Shown here: piece after piece, positions 38,360 through 52,086 of the stretch
How the letters are laid out: every line of letters begins with the position of its first letter
How positions within the stretch are numbered: position 1 is the first letter of the stretch
NCBI RefSeq assembly: GCF_009834535.1
Contig: NC_045696.1
Coordinates: forward strand, 121,708,001-121,772,000
Length of the DNA: 64,000 nt
Source of the DNA: Camelus ferus
Taxonomy: Eukaryota
Direction: 5' to 3'
Notes under the pieces: model-generated
Databases searched by the model: none
What the model saw: only the letters and a program-made list of their open reading frames with translations
What the model was told of the DNA's origin: nothing
Translations under genes and position numbers: made by a program

Positions 38360-41300
38360 CCACTGGCATGGCATCAGCACCACAGTGGTGCACTGCATCC
38401 TTTGTTTCGTCCGCCCCTTTAAGAACAGAAAACAGGCATCATCCATGAACACAAGTGCCGCCCAGCACCTCACCCCACGGGACCCACGGCAAGTCTAGCA
38501 CCGGGTAATAAGCACACAGACTTCAGCACCAGCTGTGAAACCTACAGGAGACTGAACTGGTTCCAGCTCCTCTCAGCTACAGTCTGAGAGTGCAGGGCGA
38601 GCAGTGACTCAGGCAGTCACCTTCAGATGAGAGAGCCTCTGTGGAAGCCCAGATTTCCAGAGAAGGACCAACACTCCACTGGAGGGAAGAAAAAGGAGTT
38701 TGGATGGAATGGGTAAGTGGAACAGCTTGTCTCTACCGGCACCACGTAAGGTTACAGGTATGGCGTATGGCTAAATAGATGGACAGTGGCTTCTCCTGCA
38801 GGGAACAGGGAGAGTCACCGACCGAATGCCTGGTTTCTAAATCTGTGTGGGACTCTACTGAAGAGACTCCTTTCTCTCATTTCTCACCATGCATCCAGAG
38901 CACTGCAGAGGGAGTCCATGACTGGGGAGAGGGAGCAAATCATGAGAAGAGCATATGAGACTCCCGGAGGGCATTAAAGGAGTGCAGTTCCTGCTGGTGT
39001 GTTCTGGACTCCATCAGATGCATGAAAACTGAAGGAGATGTGACATCACCACAAGATCACAATAATCCCCCAGTAACCAAACTCAAACACGAAAATCTAA
39101 TACATACACAATAAAAAATTCGAAATAGCTGTTTTAAGGAAACATCATGGGCTACAAAAAACAAACAAAGAAACCCACAAAAAGATGATTTAATGAAATA
39201 AAGAAACAGTACACAATCAAAATGAGAAATATAACAAAGAAACAGAAATCATTAAAAAGAAAACAAAAGAAATTCTGGAGCTTAAGAATTTAATGAAGTG
39301 GAAAATGCAATAGAGCATCAAAAGCAGAGCAGACCACATCGAAGATAGCGTCAATGAGACAGGAACTTGGAAATAATCCAGTCTCAAGAGAAAAAAAGGA
39401 AAAAAAAAAAATGATAAAGAGTGAAGACGCCTACAGGATCTATGAGACATCTTCAAAAGAGCAAAATCCAAATCATTAGAGTTCCAGAAGGAAAAGGAAG
39501 GAAGAAAGAGGACAGAATATTTATTTAAAGAAATAATAGTTAAGAACTTGCCAAACCTGGGAAGAGACTTGGACACAGACTTCATGAAGCTAATAAATAG
39601 ATTATCCCATTATCTCAACCTGAAATGTCCTCTCGAAGACATATTATAATAAAACTGTCAAAAATCAAACACTTTAAAAAGAGAAACCTAAAGGCAGCAA
39701 GAGAAAAGATGACTGTAACCTACAAAGGAACCCAAAGTGGGGTGTCAGTGAATTTCTCAGCAGAAATCTTACAGCTCAGGAGAGAGTGGGATGATATATT
39801 CAAAGTGATGAAAGAAAGAAAAAAAACTCAACCAAAAATACTCCATCTGGCAAAGTCATCCTTCAGAAAAGAAGGAGAAATAAAGACTTTCCCAGACAAG
39901 ACAAAAAAAAAAAAAAAAAAGCTGATATAATTCATCACCAACAGAAATGTCTAACAAGAAATGCTAAAAAGAAGTTCTTAAAGCTGAAATGAAAAGAGGC
40001 TAACTAGTAACATGAAACATATACACTGACGAAGATAAATACATAGCCTAACTTAGAAAACTCTAATATGATGGTGTGTTAAAACTTAACTCTAGTACAA
40101 AGGTTAGAACAAGAGTATAGAAAATAACTATAGCTACTATAATTTGCTAATGAATACCCAATACAAAAAGAGGCAAACTGTGACATAAAAACATAAAAGA
40201 GGTAGTAGGAATAAAAGAGTAAAGATTTGTATGTGATTGAAGTTAAGCTGTTATCAGAGTAATAGACTGTTTCATCTATAAGATGTTTTATGTAAGTCTC
40301 ATTATAACCACAAAGCAAAAAATCTGAGTAGGCTCACAAAAGATGAAGACGAGGAAATCAGAGGTGCACAATGGAGGGAAATCACCAATTCACAAAGGAA
40401 TGTAGAAAGAGTCAAAAAGGAAAGGAATTAACAATTGGAAATATATATATGCACTCAACACCAGGGCACCCGAATATATTAAGGAAATACTAACAGAGCT
40501 AAAAGGAGAAATAGACAACAATACGCTAATAGGGGACTTCAATACCATACTGTCAGCAATGGATAGGTCATCCAGACAGAAAATCAATAAAGAAACACTG
40601 GACTTGAATCATATGTTCGACCAAATGGACCCAATGGACATATATAAGACACCCCATCCAACAACAGAATATACAACAGAATTCTGTACACACAGAGTAT
40701 TGCTAAGGATAGATCACATGACAGGGCACAGACCAAATCTTAGCAAATTTAAAAGGTTGAAATCACACCAAGTATCTTTACTGATACTGGTATAAAAGTG
40801 GAAATCAAAAACAGGAAAATGGAAAACCCACATATATGAGGAAATTAAATGACACACTCCTGAACAACCAACAAGTCAAAGAAATCACAAGGGAAATCAA
40901 ACAGTATGTTGAATCAAATGAAATGTGAGCACATACCAAAACTATGGGATGCTGCAAAAGCAGTTCTAAGAGGGAAGTTTACAGTGATACATGCCTACAG
41001 TAAGGAAAAAGGAAGATCTTCAATAAATAACCTAGCTTTACAGCTCAAAGAACTAGAAAAAGAATAAACCAACCCCAAAGTTAGCATAAGAAAGGAAATA
41101 ACAAAGATCACAGCAGAAATACATGAAATAGAAACCAGAGAAATAATAGAAAAGATCAACAAAACTAAGAACTGTTTTTTAAAATAAAACCTATAGGTAG
41201 ACTAAGAAAAAGAAAACTCAATAAATAGAAACAGAAGTGATACCACAGAAATACAGTTGACTCCTGAACAGCACAGACGTGAAATGCATGGGTCCACTTA

Positions 41301-42330
41301 TATGCAAATAGTAACAGCACAGTAGTAAATACTACAGCGCTACAAGGTCCATGGCTGGTTGAATTCAGGGATGTGGAGGAACTAAGAATACAGAGGACCG
41401 ACTATAAATTCTACATGGATTAATCCCTGAGTTGTTCAAGGGTCAACTGTACAAAGTATCATGAGAGAGTACTATGAACAATTATATATAACAAAATGGA
41501 TAACCTAGAAAAAATAAATCCCTAGAAACATACAACTAACCAAGGCATAAATCAGGAAGAAATAAAAAATAAGAGTAGACCAATAATGGATAAGGAGATT
41601 GAATCAGTAATCAAAAACCTCCCAAAAAAGAAAACCCCACACAAGTTGGTTTCACTGGTGAAGTCCATCAAACATTTAAAGAGTAATTAACACCAATCTT
41701 TTTCAAACTCTTCCCTACAATTGAAGAGGAGGGAACACTCCCAAATACAAGACCAGCAGGACCCTGATACCAAAGCCAGATAAGGACACTCTAGGAAACA
41801 AAACCTTCACACCAATATCCCTGATGAACACGGATGCAAAAGTTCTCAACAAAATATCAGCAAACTGCATTCCAAAATATATTAAAAGGATCTTACACCA
41901 TGATCAAGTGGGATTTAACCCTGGGATGCAAGAATGATTCAATACATGCAAATCAATACATGTGACATATCATGTTAACAGAACATGAGATAAAAATCCT
42001 ATGATCCCCTCAACAGATGCAGAAAAAGCATTTGACAAAAAACAACATCCTTTCATGACTAAACTCTCAGCAAACTGGTTCTAGAAGGAACACATCTTAA
42101 CATCATAAAGGCCATATACTACATGGCTACAACTAACTTCATACTCAGTGCTGAAAGGTTGAAAGCTTTTCCCCTAAGATCAGAACCAAGACAAGGGTGC
42201 CCACTCTTACCACTCTTGTTCAACATAGTACTAGAAGTCCTGGCTAGAATACAATCAGGCAAAATAAAGAAATACAAGGTATTTAACTCAGAAAGGAAGA
42301 AGTAAAACTATCTATACCTACAGACATGAT
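38360..42330 (+). mobile_element. old decayed L1 (5' UTR, ORF1, ORF2 to mid-RT), left part
   Basis: ORF1 remnant RHIIIKLSKIK...FSAEILQLRREWDDIFKVM. ORF2 remnants MDRSSRQKINKETLDLN and [30 protein letters not shown]. Confidence 0.85.
41254..41449. mobile_element. short Tigger-family MITE nested in L1
   Basis: Inverted ends cagttgactcctgaaca / tgttcaagggtcaactg with TA on both sides. Confidence 0.8.
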
Positions 42331-43632
42331 TTTTTTTTTCTTTTATCAAGTTCTGCACCCAATCCACAGAGCCAGCTGAGATTTGCCAGAGTCAAAGACA
42401 CACCCCTCTAGTTCATGTGGGTCCTAGGTCCTGATGGTCACACAGGACCTCCACATCTCAACCCACTGTGTTCTCCCAGCCCAGGGAAACAGGGAGTGGC
42501 CATCCAGGGCCACAGGCTAGGCTGTCTGACCAATACTCCCATTCTCCCAGGCAGTAGAAACATCTCAGACCATCCTCTCCACGACCCAGCTCACCTCACC
42601 TTTGCTCAAACTCAGCACCCCTAAAAACAAAGACCCACTATCTCAGGGCCTGTGTCACCTTCCAGTTCTCACTCAGCTGCCACCTCTCAGACACACTCCT
42701 GCCCGTCCTTCCTCTTTCCCACGGTGTCCTGCCCTGTCTCGTGGTAAGACCCCCCAGGATGGGAACAGGCCATCTCACCCATCACTAGAACCCAGGGGCA
42801 CAGCACACACCCAGCAGGGAAAGGACCCCAGTTGCTGGATAGGCAGATGTCTTGTCCTCCGCCCTTGGTATCAAGTGAATCCCCACCCAATCTCCATGCA
42901 GTGTCTCTGGCACCTGTCCCTGCCTTTTATTCCCTATCAGGCAAATTCAAGGCCATATTAGTTCATGCCGGCCTCTTATCAATCACCCTTTTACCTCACT
43001 GGCTTCCCTGCCCATTTCAAATCGACATTCTCCTCCTCACTAATGTGAGGGCTCCCCATTCTTTCAGGATGAGGTGTCAAAAGCCTTCCATTTAAGGTCA
43101 TCAGCAATAATCATTTTTCAACCTTACCTCCACTAAGACTTCACATAAACCCTGAGGTCCAGGAAGTGGATCTGCCAACTCCATCCCTTCCTGACACTCC
43201 AGTGCAGGGAATACTCCTTGTAAACAGTTTAGCCCAGCATGACAAACCTTCTTCACAATATCTGTGAACCCAAGACCAAGAAAACCATCTCTTCTCAGAA
43301 TAGTGTGCACGGAGGGCACAAATCAGATCCCCCGTCTTTCTCACATCATGGCATGTAACAAAAAGTATATTTGCACAACACACTTCAGTTAAAATGAGGA
43401 CTACTGAAGCCTGAGGGGCTGGCCTGGGGCTGGGACCACCTGGTCACAAGGACTTCTCTACATCCCTGCCCCCCACCCATCTCGGCCAGCTGGCTCAGAA
43501 GCTCTGCTCAGAGAGTCACACAGCTAGCATCCCCTGCTCTGGCCATCCCGTTGTGCGGTAATGAGAAGCCTGTGCTGCGTTTCACTCCATGTGGCACCTC
43601 CTGAGTAGTTTAAGCTCTGAAATGTCAATGGG

Positions 43633-43841
43633 AGATGAACAACAAGTTCATACGTAGAGCACAAGGAACTACATTCAGTATCTTATAGTAACTTACGGTG
43701 AAAAAGAATATGAAAACGAATGTATGTATGTTTACGTATGACTGAAGCATTGTGCTGTACACCAGAAATTGACACATTGTAAACTGCCTATACTTCAATA
43801 AAAATATATATATTTTAAAAAGCACGTACTCAGATTCTTTT
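43633..43841 (+). mobile_element. short L1 3' fragment with TSD
   Basis: L1 3' UTR motif flanked by aatgtcaatggg at 43621-43632 and 43842-43853. Confidence 0.75.
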
Positions 43842-45891
43842 AATGTCAATGGGTTAACTTTTTAAAATAGCTTTTTAAAATAAGCCAACACTGGTTCAAC
43901 AGACTCAGAAGACTGGTTAAACTGATCAGAGTGACCCTAATTTTTCTAAGCAATTTAAGTTTCTTCTCCCTTCTGCAACAAACCAAGGCAACAAAGTGCA
44001 CATGCTCCCACCATCTTAAACTTCACTTAAAGGCCAGTGCATGTCTCTTACCTGCTCACCCAAAGCTGAGCACCTTCCCCCGGTGGTGACCTGTCCACTT
44101 TTGCTGCCTTTGGTGGCAAGGTCACCTGACCTCACCTCTGGAAAGTAAGAGCCCCTCCAACTTCCCTGAGAGGGTAAGTGGGTGCTTAATGGCACCAGCA
44201 GGAGGAAAGGCCTACCGTCCAATCCTGAGCCCAGATCCCAACTCACCAGTGGGCCTCCTAGAACTCCTTCCCCACTTCCAACCCCCGATACTGTCTCTTC
44301 CAAAAGCATGTTCAATTCCTCTAACCAGTTCTCCTGTGAAATGGTTAAATGACCACTTCAGCAAGCAGGACATACTCCCCCACATACAAAGAATATGTGA
44401 GAAATAACCTCCCTGAAAGCTTTTCAGCAGCTGGGTTATGCTGTTCTAGACTCACCCTTATCTAAGTGTTAAGGCCCTCCGCTCTCACCCTGGACTCTCG
44501 CACACCTGACCAGCAGAGCCTGACACAGGAGCTGACGTCTAGCCCACTCCACCTTGTTTAATTTATACGGGTTGCTTTCTTGAATCTTGAAATGATCACC
44601 CAAAATGGTTCACCTGAAGTTCAATAATAAGTGCCATTACTCTTTTTTAATAGATGAGGAAAAGCAGTTTAATGCTCTTAAAATTGAAAGCCATCACCCA
44701 CTCGATTTCAGAACAGGAATCGAGTTTCGGGGGTTTTGTTTGTTTGTTTGTTTAAGGCAGCCCTGAGATTCAGAACCAGCCCTGAGTGAAGAATTCCAAA
44801 ATTCTTCACTGTGCCCTGTCCCATCTTCACATTAGAAACACAACGATGACCTAAAAAAGACAAGGCCCTGAGGAAGGAAACCTGCCTATGGACCTATGTA
44901 AATAAAGAGAAGAACCTAAAAACAAAAAACACTGAACTAACTAAGCCATGAAGAAATAAGAATGACAGAGATCAGACCACTCCGGAAGGGAACAGAGATC
45001 TATGTTCTCCTCCTCTGCAGGTCAACCCCGGGAGGGCCACTCCTCCTCTCAGGCCTCAGTTTTCCAGTTCTAAACATCAAGATGCCCCGCTCATCTTGAA
45101 GTCTGTATGCTGCATGCTGGCTTCAGCAAAACAGCACACAGAAGCAAGCTAGCCAGCTCCAGGTGAATGTTAAACTTATCTGCTGCCCAAGGACCAAGAG
45201 TGGTTACATTTCTAACGTTCTGCCTGACAAATATAAACTGACAGTAAGGCTGCAATTACATTTCAACCCAGACTCAGTCCATTAATATCGTTGACCAAGA
45301 AAACTTCAGAAGCAGACCAAGCAGTACCTACTACTGACACCTGAGGCTCCTCCGGTGTCCTCCCCAGACTCCAGCATCAGGCAATGTCACTTGTAAGGCT
45401 GAACGACAGAATAAAAACTTAACGGTAAAAACTTAAAAGGTTTGGGGAGGGGAAGCAAAAGACAGATGATCCACATACAAAACTGCTGACAAGGTCAGCT
45501 AATTAAGTAAGTGTTAAGGAAAACAGTAATGAAATCCTCAAAATATCCCAGGGTTCCAGTGGGTATAAGAGAATCCCAGGGAGGAATCTGATTCCAGAAT
45601 CCTCTGAAAGAACCCCCTGCCACTGAAGGCGATGGGCATTAAACTTTTGCATGCACAAGAACAGTAGATGAGAGAACAGAAAATGAAGTTCAGGTGTTCG
45701 GTCAATAACCTGCAAGTCCTGAGAACATCACGGGTCTGGAGTGACGGAACCAATTCAGTCAATGTCTTCAAACCAAGAATTCAGTTTGCCTGCTCCTACT
45801 TTCCCCAAACGACTGAGCAACTGGGAAAAATGTGTTTCCTCTGAGGATGAATGAAGGTCGTAGCAGCAAAGCCTTAAGAACTGGTTGGCAG

Positions 45892-46039
45892 GGGGAGGGT
45901 ATAGCTCAGTGATAGAGTACATGCTTAGCATGCACCAGATCCTGGGTTCAATCCCCAGCACCTCCATTAAGAAAATAATAATAAATGAATGAATGAATAA
46001 ACCTATATACCTCCCCCTCCAAATAAAACAAACAAACAA
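45892..46039 (+). mobile_element. vic-1-like SINE with 16-bp TSD
   Basis: ggggagggtatagctcagtgatagagtacatgc...gggttcaatccccagc. TSD aagaactggttggcag / aagaactggctggcag. Confidence 0.85.
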
Positions 46040-49000
46040 AAGAACTGGCTGGCAGATTAAGCCTGCCCAAAATACACAAGAAAACTTAAAATCTGTTGCC
46101 ACTGCTACAAAATTCCACCATACGGAAACTCAAGTGAAGATCCTGGCCTGAAACCTGCTCCCCTCCAAGGTTTTGGTGAGCAGCTGCCTCTAACGTAAAA
46201 ATGTGTTGTCAAGTTTAAGAGCCATTGACTCAAAGGCTAACCGCACTGAGCAACTGGGACAGGAGGAAATGTTATATTGGGATTATAGGCAGATTTAAGG
46301 CCACAGGGTTTTTTTCACTTCCTTTCTGGGATAACCTGACTGACCTTTATAGGTGAGATCTCCTTACAATGACTCCTGAAGACCTCCAAATGGTGAGGTT
46401 GTGGTGGGATTTTATGACAAACAAAATCTAGTTCCTCGATCTGAGTGGTTCACTGGGCGTGGTAACTGAGATGCGAGACTCCAGGGGGATCATCATGTAG
46501 TTGTCAACTAGGGGGAAAAGGATTCTGTCTCAGAGGTGAATGGAGGAGCAAGGGCTAGGGTACCCCTGACCACTTTCAAACATTTCCCACTTGTCCTCAC
46601 AGCCATCCCATGAAGTTAAAGACGCAGTCCCCATCTATGGATGGGAAAGCTGAAGCCAGGTGTCCAGGCAACCCACCCAAAGCTGAAGAGCAGGAAGCTG
46701 CAGTCAGCGACAAAGCCAGACCCGTCAAATTCCCGAGCTGGCTAGAGAGCTGTAAGTGCAGGTGTGGAAGAAGGACGGGATCCGGGCCCGGACCTTCTCA
46801 TCTGTCACTGCAAGCACCATCCAGCAGTCCACTTCCCATACCTGGCCAGAGTCTACTCAGGGGTAAAACCAGAGGTACAGGGGACCCTCTTGATTCTCAA
46901 AGGCAGGACCCCATGAGAGAGCTGCCTGGCAAACATCTTCCCATCTTAACAGATGGAGGGGCTCTCCCTGAAAGTCAGAATGTGGGGCTCAGTAAGCCCG
47001 GGTCAGAAAAAGGGGCTGTGGCTCCTCTGCCCTGGTGAGGCATCACCACCCCAGCCACCCTGTATCTCTAGGGAGGCGCCAAGGCTGGTGGCAAAAACAT
47101 TCACAGTCTGACATCAGAAAGGCCAGGGCCCAACCCCAGCTGTAGAAAAATCACCAAAGTGGCCCTGACAAGTACCACCCTCTGTAAGGACTTCACCTTC
47201 TTCCATCTGAAATGTGGGGAGAGGCTGTAGCTCCAAGGGACACAGAGCAGACAGTGACGGTTTCTCCCACAAGCATGGAGGTGCTCCACACGAGAGAAGC
47301 GGAGGAGTCACCCGTGCTTCTGGGCTCTGCCTCCTCTATTCTAGTCACGATGCTACACTCCCTGGACTCCAATTTACTGAGCAGGTACACACAACAGGTG
47401 CTGCTGCTATGCCACCTGCATTTATTATCTCACTCCCAACTCAGCTATTCAACGTAGACATTACTATTCCCTGTTTAGAAATGGGAAACAGAGGGCAAGG
47501 TTCACTAAGGTCAAGTCATTAGGAAGTGGCCGGTGGATCTCACACCCAACCTGTCCAAGCCAAAGCCAGAGCTGGCCCACACCACCACTCTAGGGACCTG
47601 CTGCCTGGGAACAGGCCCACAGCCCCACCTGGCACACAGCAGGAGGCACTGGCTGTGGAACGACCTCCCCGGCCCCAGGAGGAGCTGGTTGACCACTACA
47701 GTGCAGCAGGAGTTTTTTAAGTGCACTCAAAGGCATTACCTCATTTAGGAAGAATTATGTTTGAAGGTTCAAACCAAAAGACCTGTCCAGCAAGGTGGGT
47801 CGGGTGGTGCCAGATCTAGAGATGGAATTGCAGGAGGAACGGCAGAAAGATTCTTCAACCTCAAACAAGTGAAGACCTCCTCCCCAGTCCCCCATGCTGC
47901 CTCCGCCTCCACCCTCCCTGCCCTTGGTTGCAGCCGCGCCTGTCTGTCTTTGAGGCCAAGCAGCCTCAAAGTCCTACAGCCTCTAACCTTCCCCCAAACT
48001 CCTGCCTCAGCTTTCTGGGGCCCCCCTTTCGGGTGCAGCCCAGCCCCTGCCAGCACATTCTACCTTAAATGCTGGCCTCTGTTTCTTAGGTATCAAGTCT
48101 CCAGTCCTTTTATGTAAGTAATCCACGAACTGGGAATCAGGAGAACAGGAAAGCAAGGCCTCTGACAAACTCACCTGTGAAACAAGTACATTTGTGAAGA
48201 CAGAGGGAAAGTGGGTGCAGCACACTGAAGCTGCAAGGATCCTTTCCTACATGCCCTGGAGGGTTCCCAGATGACTCCCAGTCACTTCCTAAGGCTACCT
48301 GCAGGTATCTAATTAGAGTAAGTTCCTTTGTCTTCTAAAAGACTAACCTACGCTTTCATCAGACAAAAAGAAGTCACAAATACAGCATCAAAAGCCAGGG
48401 AAGGGGCAAGAAGCCCGTGGCCTGACATTCCTCTTGACTAAAATGTCCTGGATCCTGTTTGCTGGAATCCACAAGTATGCAAGATCTGTCCCCAGCTGGG
48501 ACTTTTGTTTCTAACACCATCTCACTGTTGCCACCTCACTGCCACCACTTCAGGTCCCCCATCTTTTTTTTTTAACTCAACCATCTTAACACGTTACCTT
48601 CATAACTCAAAGAAAAGACACAGCTTTGCACAGTTAGCACGTGAAACACGTTTCGTTACCTGAAAGAACAGCAGTCGGAGGCCAGATTGTCTAACTCACC
48701 TCCTAGAACAGCTCAGATAATTCAAGAGAATCCATTCTGACAACCACACTTAGGTGGCAGCACAATTCCGTAAGCCTCCAAAAACGACACTGCCAACTCG
48801 TTCTGCTGTTTCTGCCACTATTGCCAACCTGACATTTGTTATAAGCAAATCCCAACGATGCTCTATTACCCCAGGACAACTGCTCATAAAGGCCTCACCT
48901 ACTCACCTATTTCATCATCTTCCTAGTTTTCTACAATGAGTATAGATTAACTCAATGATGGGGGGGGGGATAAGCCTCAGGAAAATAGCCTTGTCTGTTC

Positions 49001-50629
49001 CATTTGACGGCACAGAAGCATCCCAAGTGCAAACAGGTAGTTCTCCAATCATTTGAGTTGTCCACACTTTCAGAGATTAGCACACCAACAGTCCTTAAAC
49101 GGATTCAGTGCTAAGGGTGTGACATTTTTTTCCCCCATGGAAACTGACATATTCAAGACCTTGCGGGTCATTCTTGATTTTTTCTCAAGAGAACAAAACA
49201 CCAGAAAAAAATGCCAACATTTCAGAATGGCTTCGCTCCTTCCCCACTCACCTCCTTCAGGTGCATCTTTCAGTCCTCTGGTATCCAAGGGCCACGAGGT
49301 CCTAACTATGAGCCTCAGCACACCCTCACTGCACCAGCCCCTGCTTTATCCTCTCCAATGGGGTTCCACTGCTCTCAAGGTAAATTCCAGACCCCCTCAG
49401 CCCTGGGGAGTGACTGCCTGTTTGTCTCTCTCTGCTTCAAACACACTGATCTTCCTTCAGTCCCAAGCACTCTCTCTGCCTGAAAAACTCTTTTTCTCTT
49501 TTACCTATTTAGCTCCTACACATCCTCTGATCCCAGCTGAAGGCCCCCCCTCAAGTCTTGCTCACCAGGTCACAGGGTCCCTCTCTCCTTGGCGCTTGTA
49601 AGTTTCCCCAAGTTTATGAGATTAGTTATGACTTCTCTCCCACTAATCTCACAGCAAACGCCGCTGAGCACTGGAGGCACAGTACGCACACTGGTATCTA
49701 TTGACTAAATCAATCCAGAAATCACTACTTGCAACAGTAGAAATTCACAAAATAAATGATGCAAAACAAGTGAGAATTACTGAAGAACTGAGAATTGGAG
49801 TCTTTAAAATGTGTTTTATTACTGAAATAAACAATATTCCTTAACTTTTAAAAAATCAGAAAATAGAGATACCAAAAAGCTTAACCAAAACACAAAAACA
49901 AATAAACAAACAAACAAAACCCTACTGCTAACCCTAATCCAAAGATTTTTTGTTGTTGACATGTTGGTACAAATCCTTCCAGGATTTTTTCTACCAAGAG
50001 CAGCCTTACTTCTTTCCTCACTATCAAAATGTAAGATTGTAGGATCTGCCAAATAATACTGCATTAACAGAGATGACTTGGCATTTTAAAAAAATGATGT
50101 CATCTGAATAGAAATAACAATGTATCCAAATCATTGATACAGGAGCCATCCCATTCTCTACACCACATCCCAGATGAGAAGCAATCCTCTGTAAAAACCA
50201 GCTTCAGAATTTTAGGGAAGAAACTGGATGAAAGACGAAGGGTGGAGGAGAGTATGTAAGAAGAGGGTCTAGCAAATCACTCTCAAAACACCCAATCTAC
50301 ACTGCTTCCCAGAAAAGGGACATTGTTTTCTGAGTTGCAGGCTATGGAAGGAAACCAAAGGAGTGACCTTGTGGCTTGGTTCTTAAAAGCCAGCTGTTAT
50401 AACTCTGCTCTCTGAGGACATAGCAGGGCTAGAAATGGTGTCACCAGGTCATCCCCCAACTCCAAGCAGAGGTGCACTGGAGCCTGGACAAGTAAATGGC
50501 TCTGTGTTTTAGGAGCCCTCAGGAAATACTCATACACTGGACCTGCAAACAGGAGCATTCTTGGGCTCTGCTGCCCTGCAGGGAAGACACAAGCCAAGCT
50601 CTGCCTCTCCACTACTCAGCAGTCTGGGG

Positions 50630-50770
50630 CAAGCAGCCTGGCCTCCAGAAGCCTCAGTCTCCTCATCTGTAAAGTGGGGACTATACTCTCCCCTCCCCAC
50701 TGGATTGCTAGGGGCACTGAAATATGTCTACGCACTGAGCTTGACACACAGGAGGCACTTGAATCCAGGC
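50630..50770. mobile_element. MIR SINE fragment
   Basis: gcctcagtctcctcatctgtaaagtgggg MIR core. Confidence 0.6.
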
Positions 50771-51559
50771 AAGTATGATCTGCTAGCTTTCCTCCACTGC
50801 TTGCTGTCAGATCTAACAAGCTACTGCTCTCGATGGACTGATCTGGTGCCAGAAAACATTATTTCATATAAACTAACTTAAAAGAAGACTTGTAACCACT
50901 ACCAGAAGAAAAAGAACGTCAACAGGACAATAGGCCCAAGCCTGAAGCAACTGTACACAAGGCTGGCTTCCCTCCGTTTCTCTGTGCTACCACCGCCAGA
51001 AGACGTCACTGTGTGAAATGGACACACAGAACCAGAGACTTAACCAGTACTGTCTCCAAGAAAACTGAGAGAAGTAAAAGGGTGAGGAAGAGAGAAACTC
51101 AAAGGCTCAAGTGACTCACTCGGACTTTGAGCTGAAGAATGCAGAGCTCTTACCATAAGGATGAACCACACACCTAAAGGTGTAGGGTCAAATACACAAA
51201 ACTAAGCAGTCCTTGCAAAACTCCAAGTGTAGGGCAGAAACGCGCACCCCAGGTGTCATCCAATTCCTGAAGGAAGGGTCCCCATCATTTCTGGGTCCCA
51301 GCGTCTGCGCAAACACCAAGTGTCAGTCCCGCTCTAAGCCTGGGCCCTGCCCAGAAACCTTTCCAGGTTGAAGTGATCAATTCCGATTCTCAGCAATAAT
51401 CCCTTTAAAGGGTCAGCTGCTGCCGTCTACTCACTGATGCCGCCCCCCTTGCAGGTGGGAAAAAGGAAATCAATACAGCCACTGTCTTAGATGGGGAGGC
51501 CAATTTAAAGTGTGCGGCCCTGTGAAAGGCTGTGTGACCCACACAGGGGGAAGGGTCCC

Positions 51560-52086
51560 CAGGCTCCCGGAGGTGAGGCCGTAAGGGCGCAAGCGGGGGG
51601 GGGGGGGGGGGCCTGGCCCTGCGGGCGCCCGGGGACTCTCATTCCGACACGGGATCCGCAGCAACCGTCGCCGCGGGGTTCAGCGCCCCCCGCCCCGCGC
51701 GCCCACGTGCCGCTGTCCCCCAGCCCGTCCCGACCCCTCCCCCGGGCCCCGAAGGACGCGCAGGAGGAAGAGGGGCGACACCGCGACCTTCCGGGACCCC
51801 CGCCCGGCGCGGCTCCCACACGCCCAGGCGGCGGCGGAGCGCGGGACTTCCCGGGTGAGCGCGAGGAAGGCGCCCCCTGAAGACAAGGAGCAGGAGTCGC
51901 CCGCTCTCACGTTTCCATGTCCACGCGGGGGTCTCGCACAGCGCGCCGCCCCCTGACCCCGCGCCGCTCCAGTCTCCCCCGCGCGCCGCCCGCTGGCCGG
52001 ATCAGGCGCCCCTCGGCCGCACACGTGGAGCCCGCCGCCGGCGTCACCGCCCGGGACACGCGCTCCAGGTCAGCGCGCCTGGCCCC
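51560..52086 (-). promoter_or_regulatory. CpG island: 5' end, first exon (51911-52086) and start of intron 1 of the retro-inserted transcript
   Basis: Very GC/CpG rich. The minus strand reads ...gtggacATGGAAAC|gtgaga, a candidate donor. Confidence 0.65.

Larger units (their letters stand above)
42331..52086 (-). other. ~9.76-kb retrotransposed, apparently unspliced transcript inserted into L1 ORF2
   Basis: cagacatgat is duplicated at 42321-42330 and 52087-52096. T-tract at 42331-42344, CpG island at the opposite end, and L1 RT sequence resuming seamlessly after 52096. Confidence 0.75.

Noticed and set aside
27755..46039. tRNA genes at the four A-box/B-box elements
   Set aside because: They have SINE bodies with A-rich tails and, in several cases, TSDs, so they are tRNA-derived SINEs.
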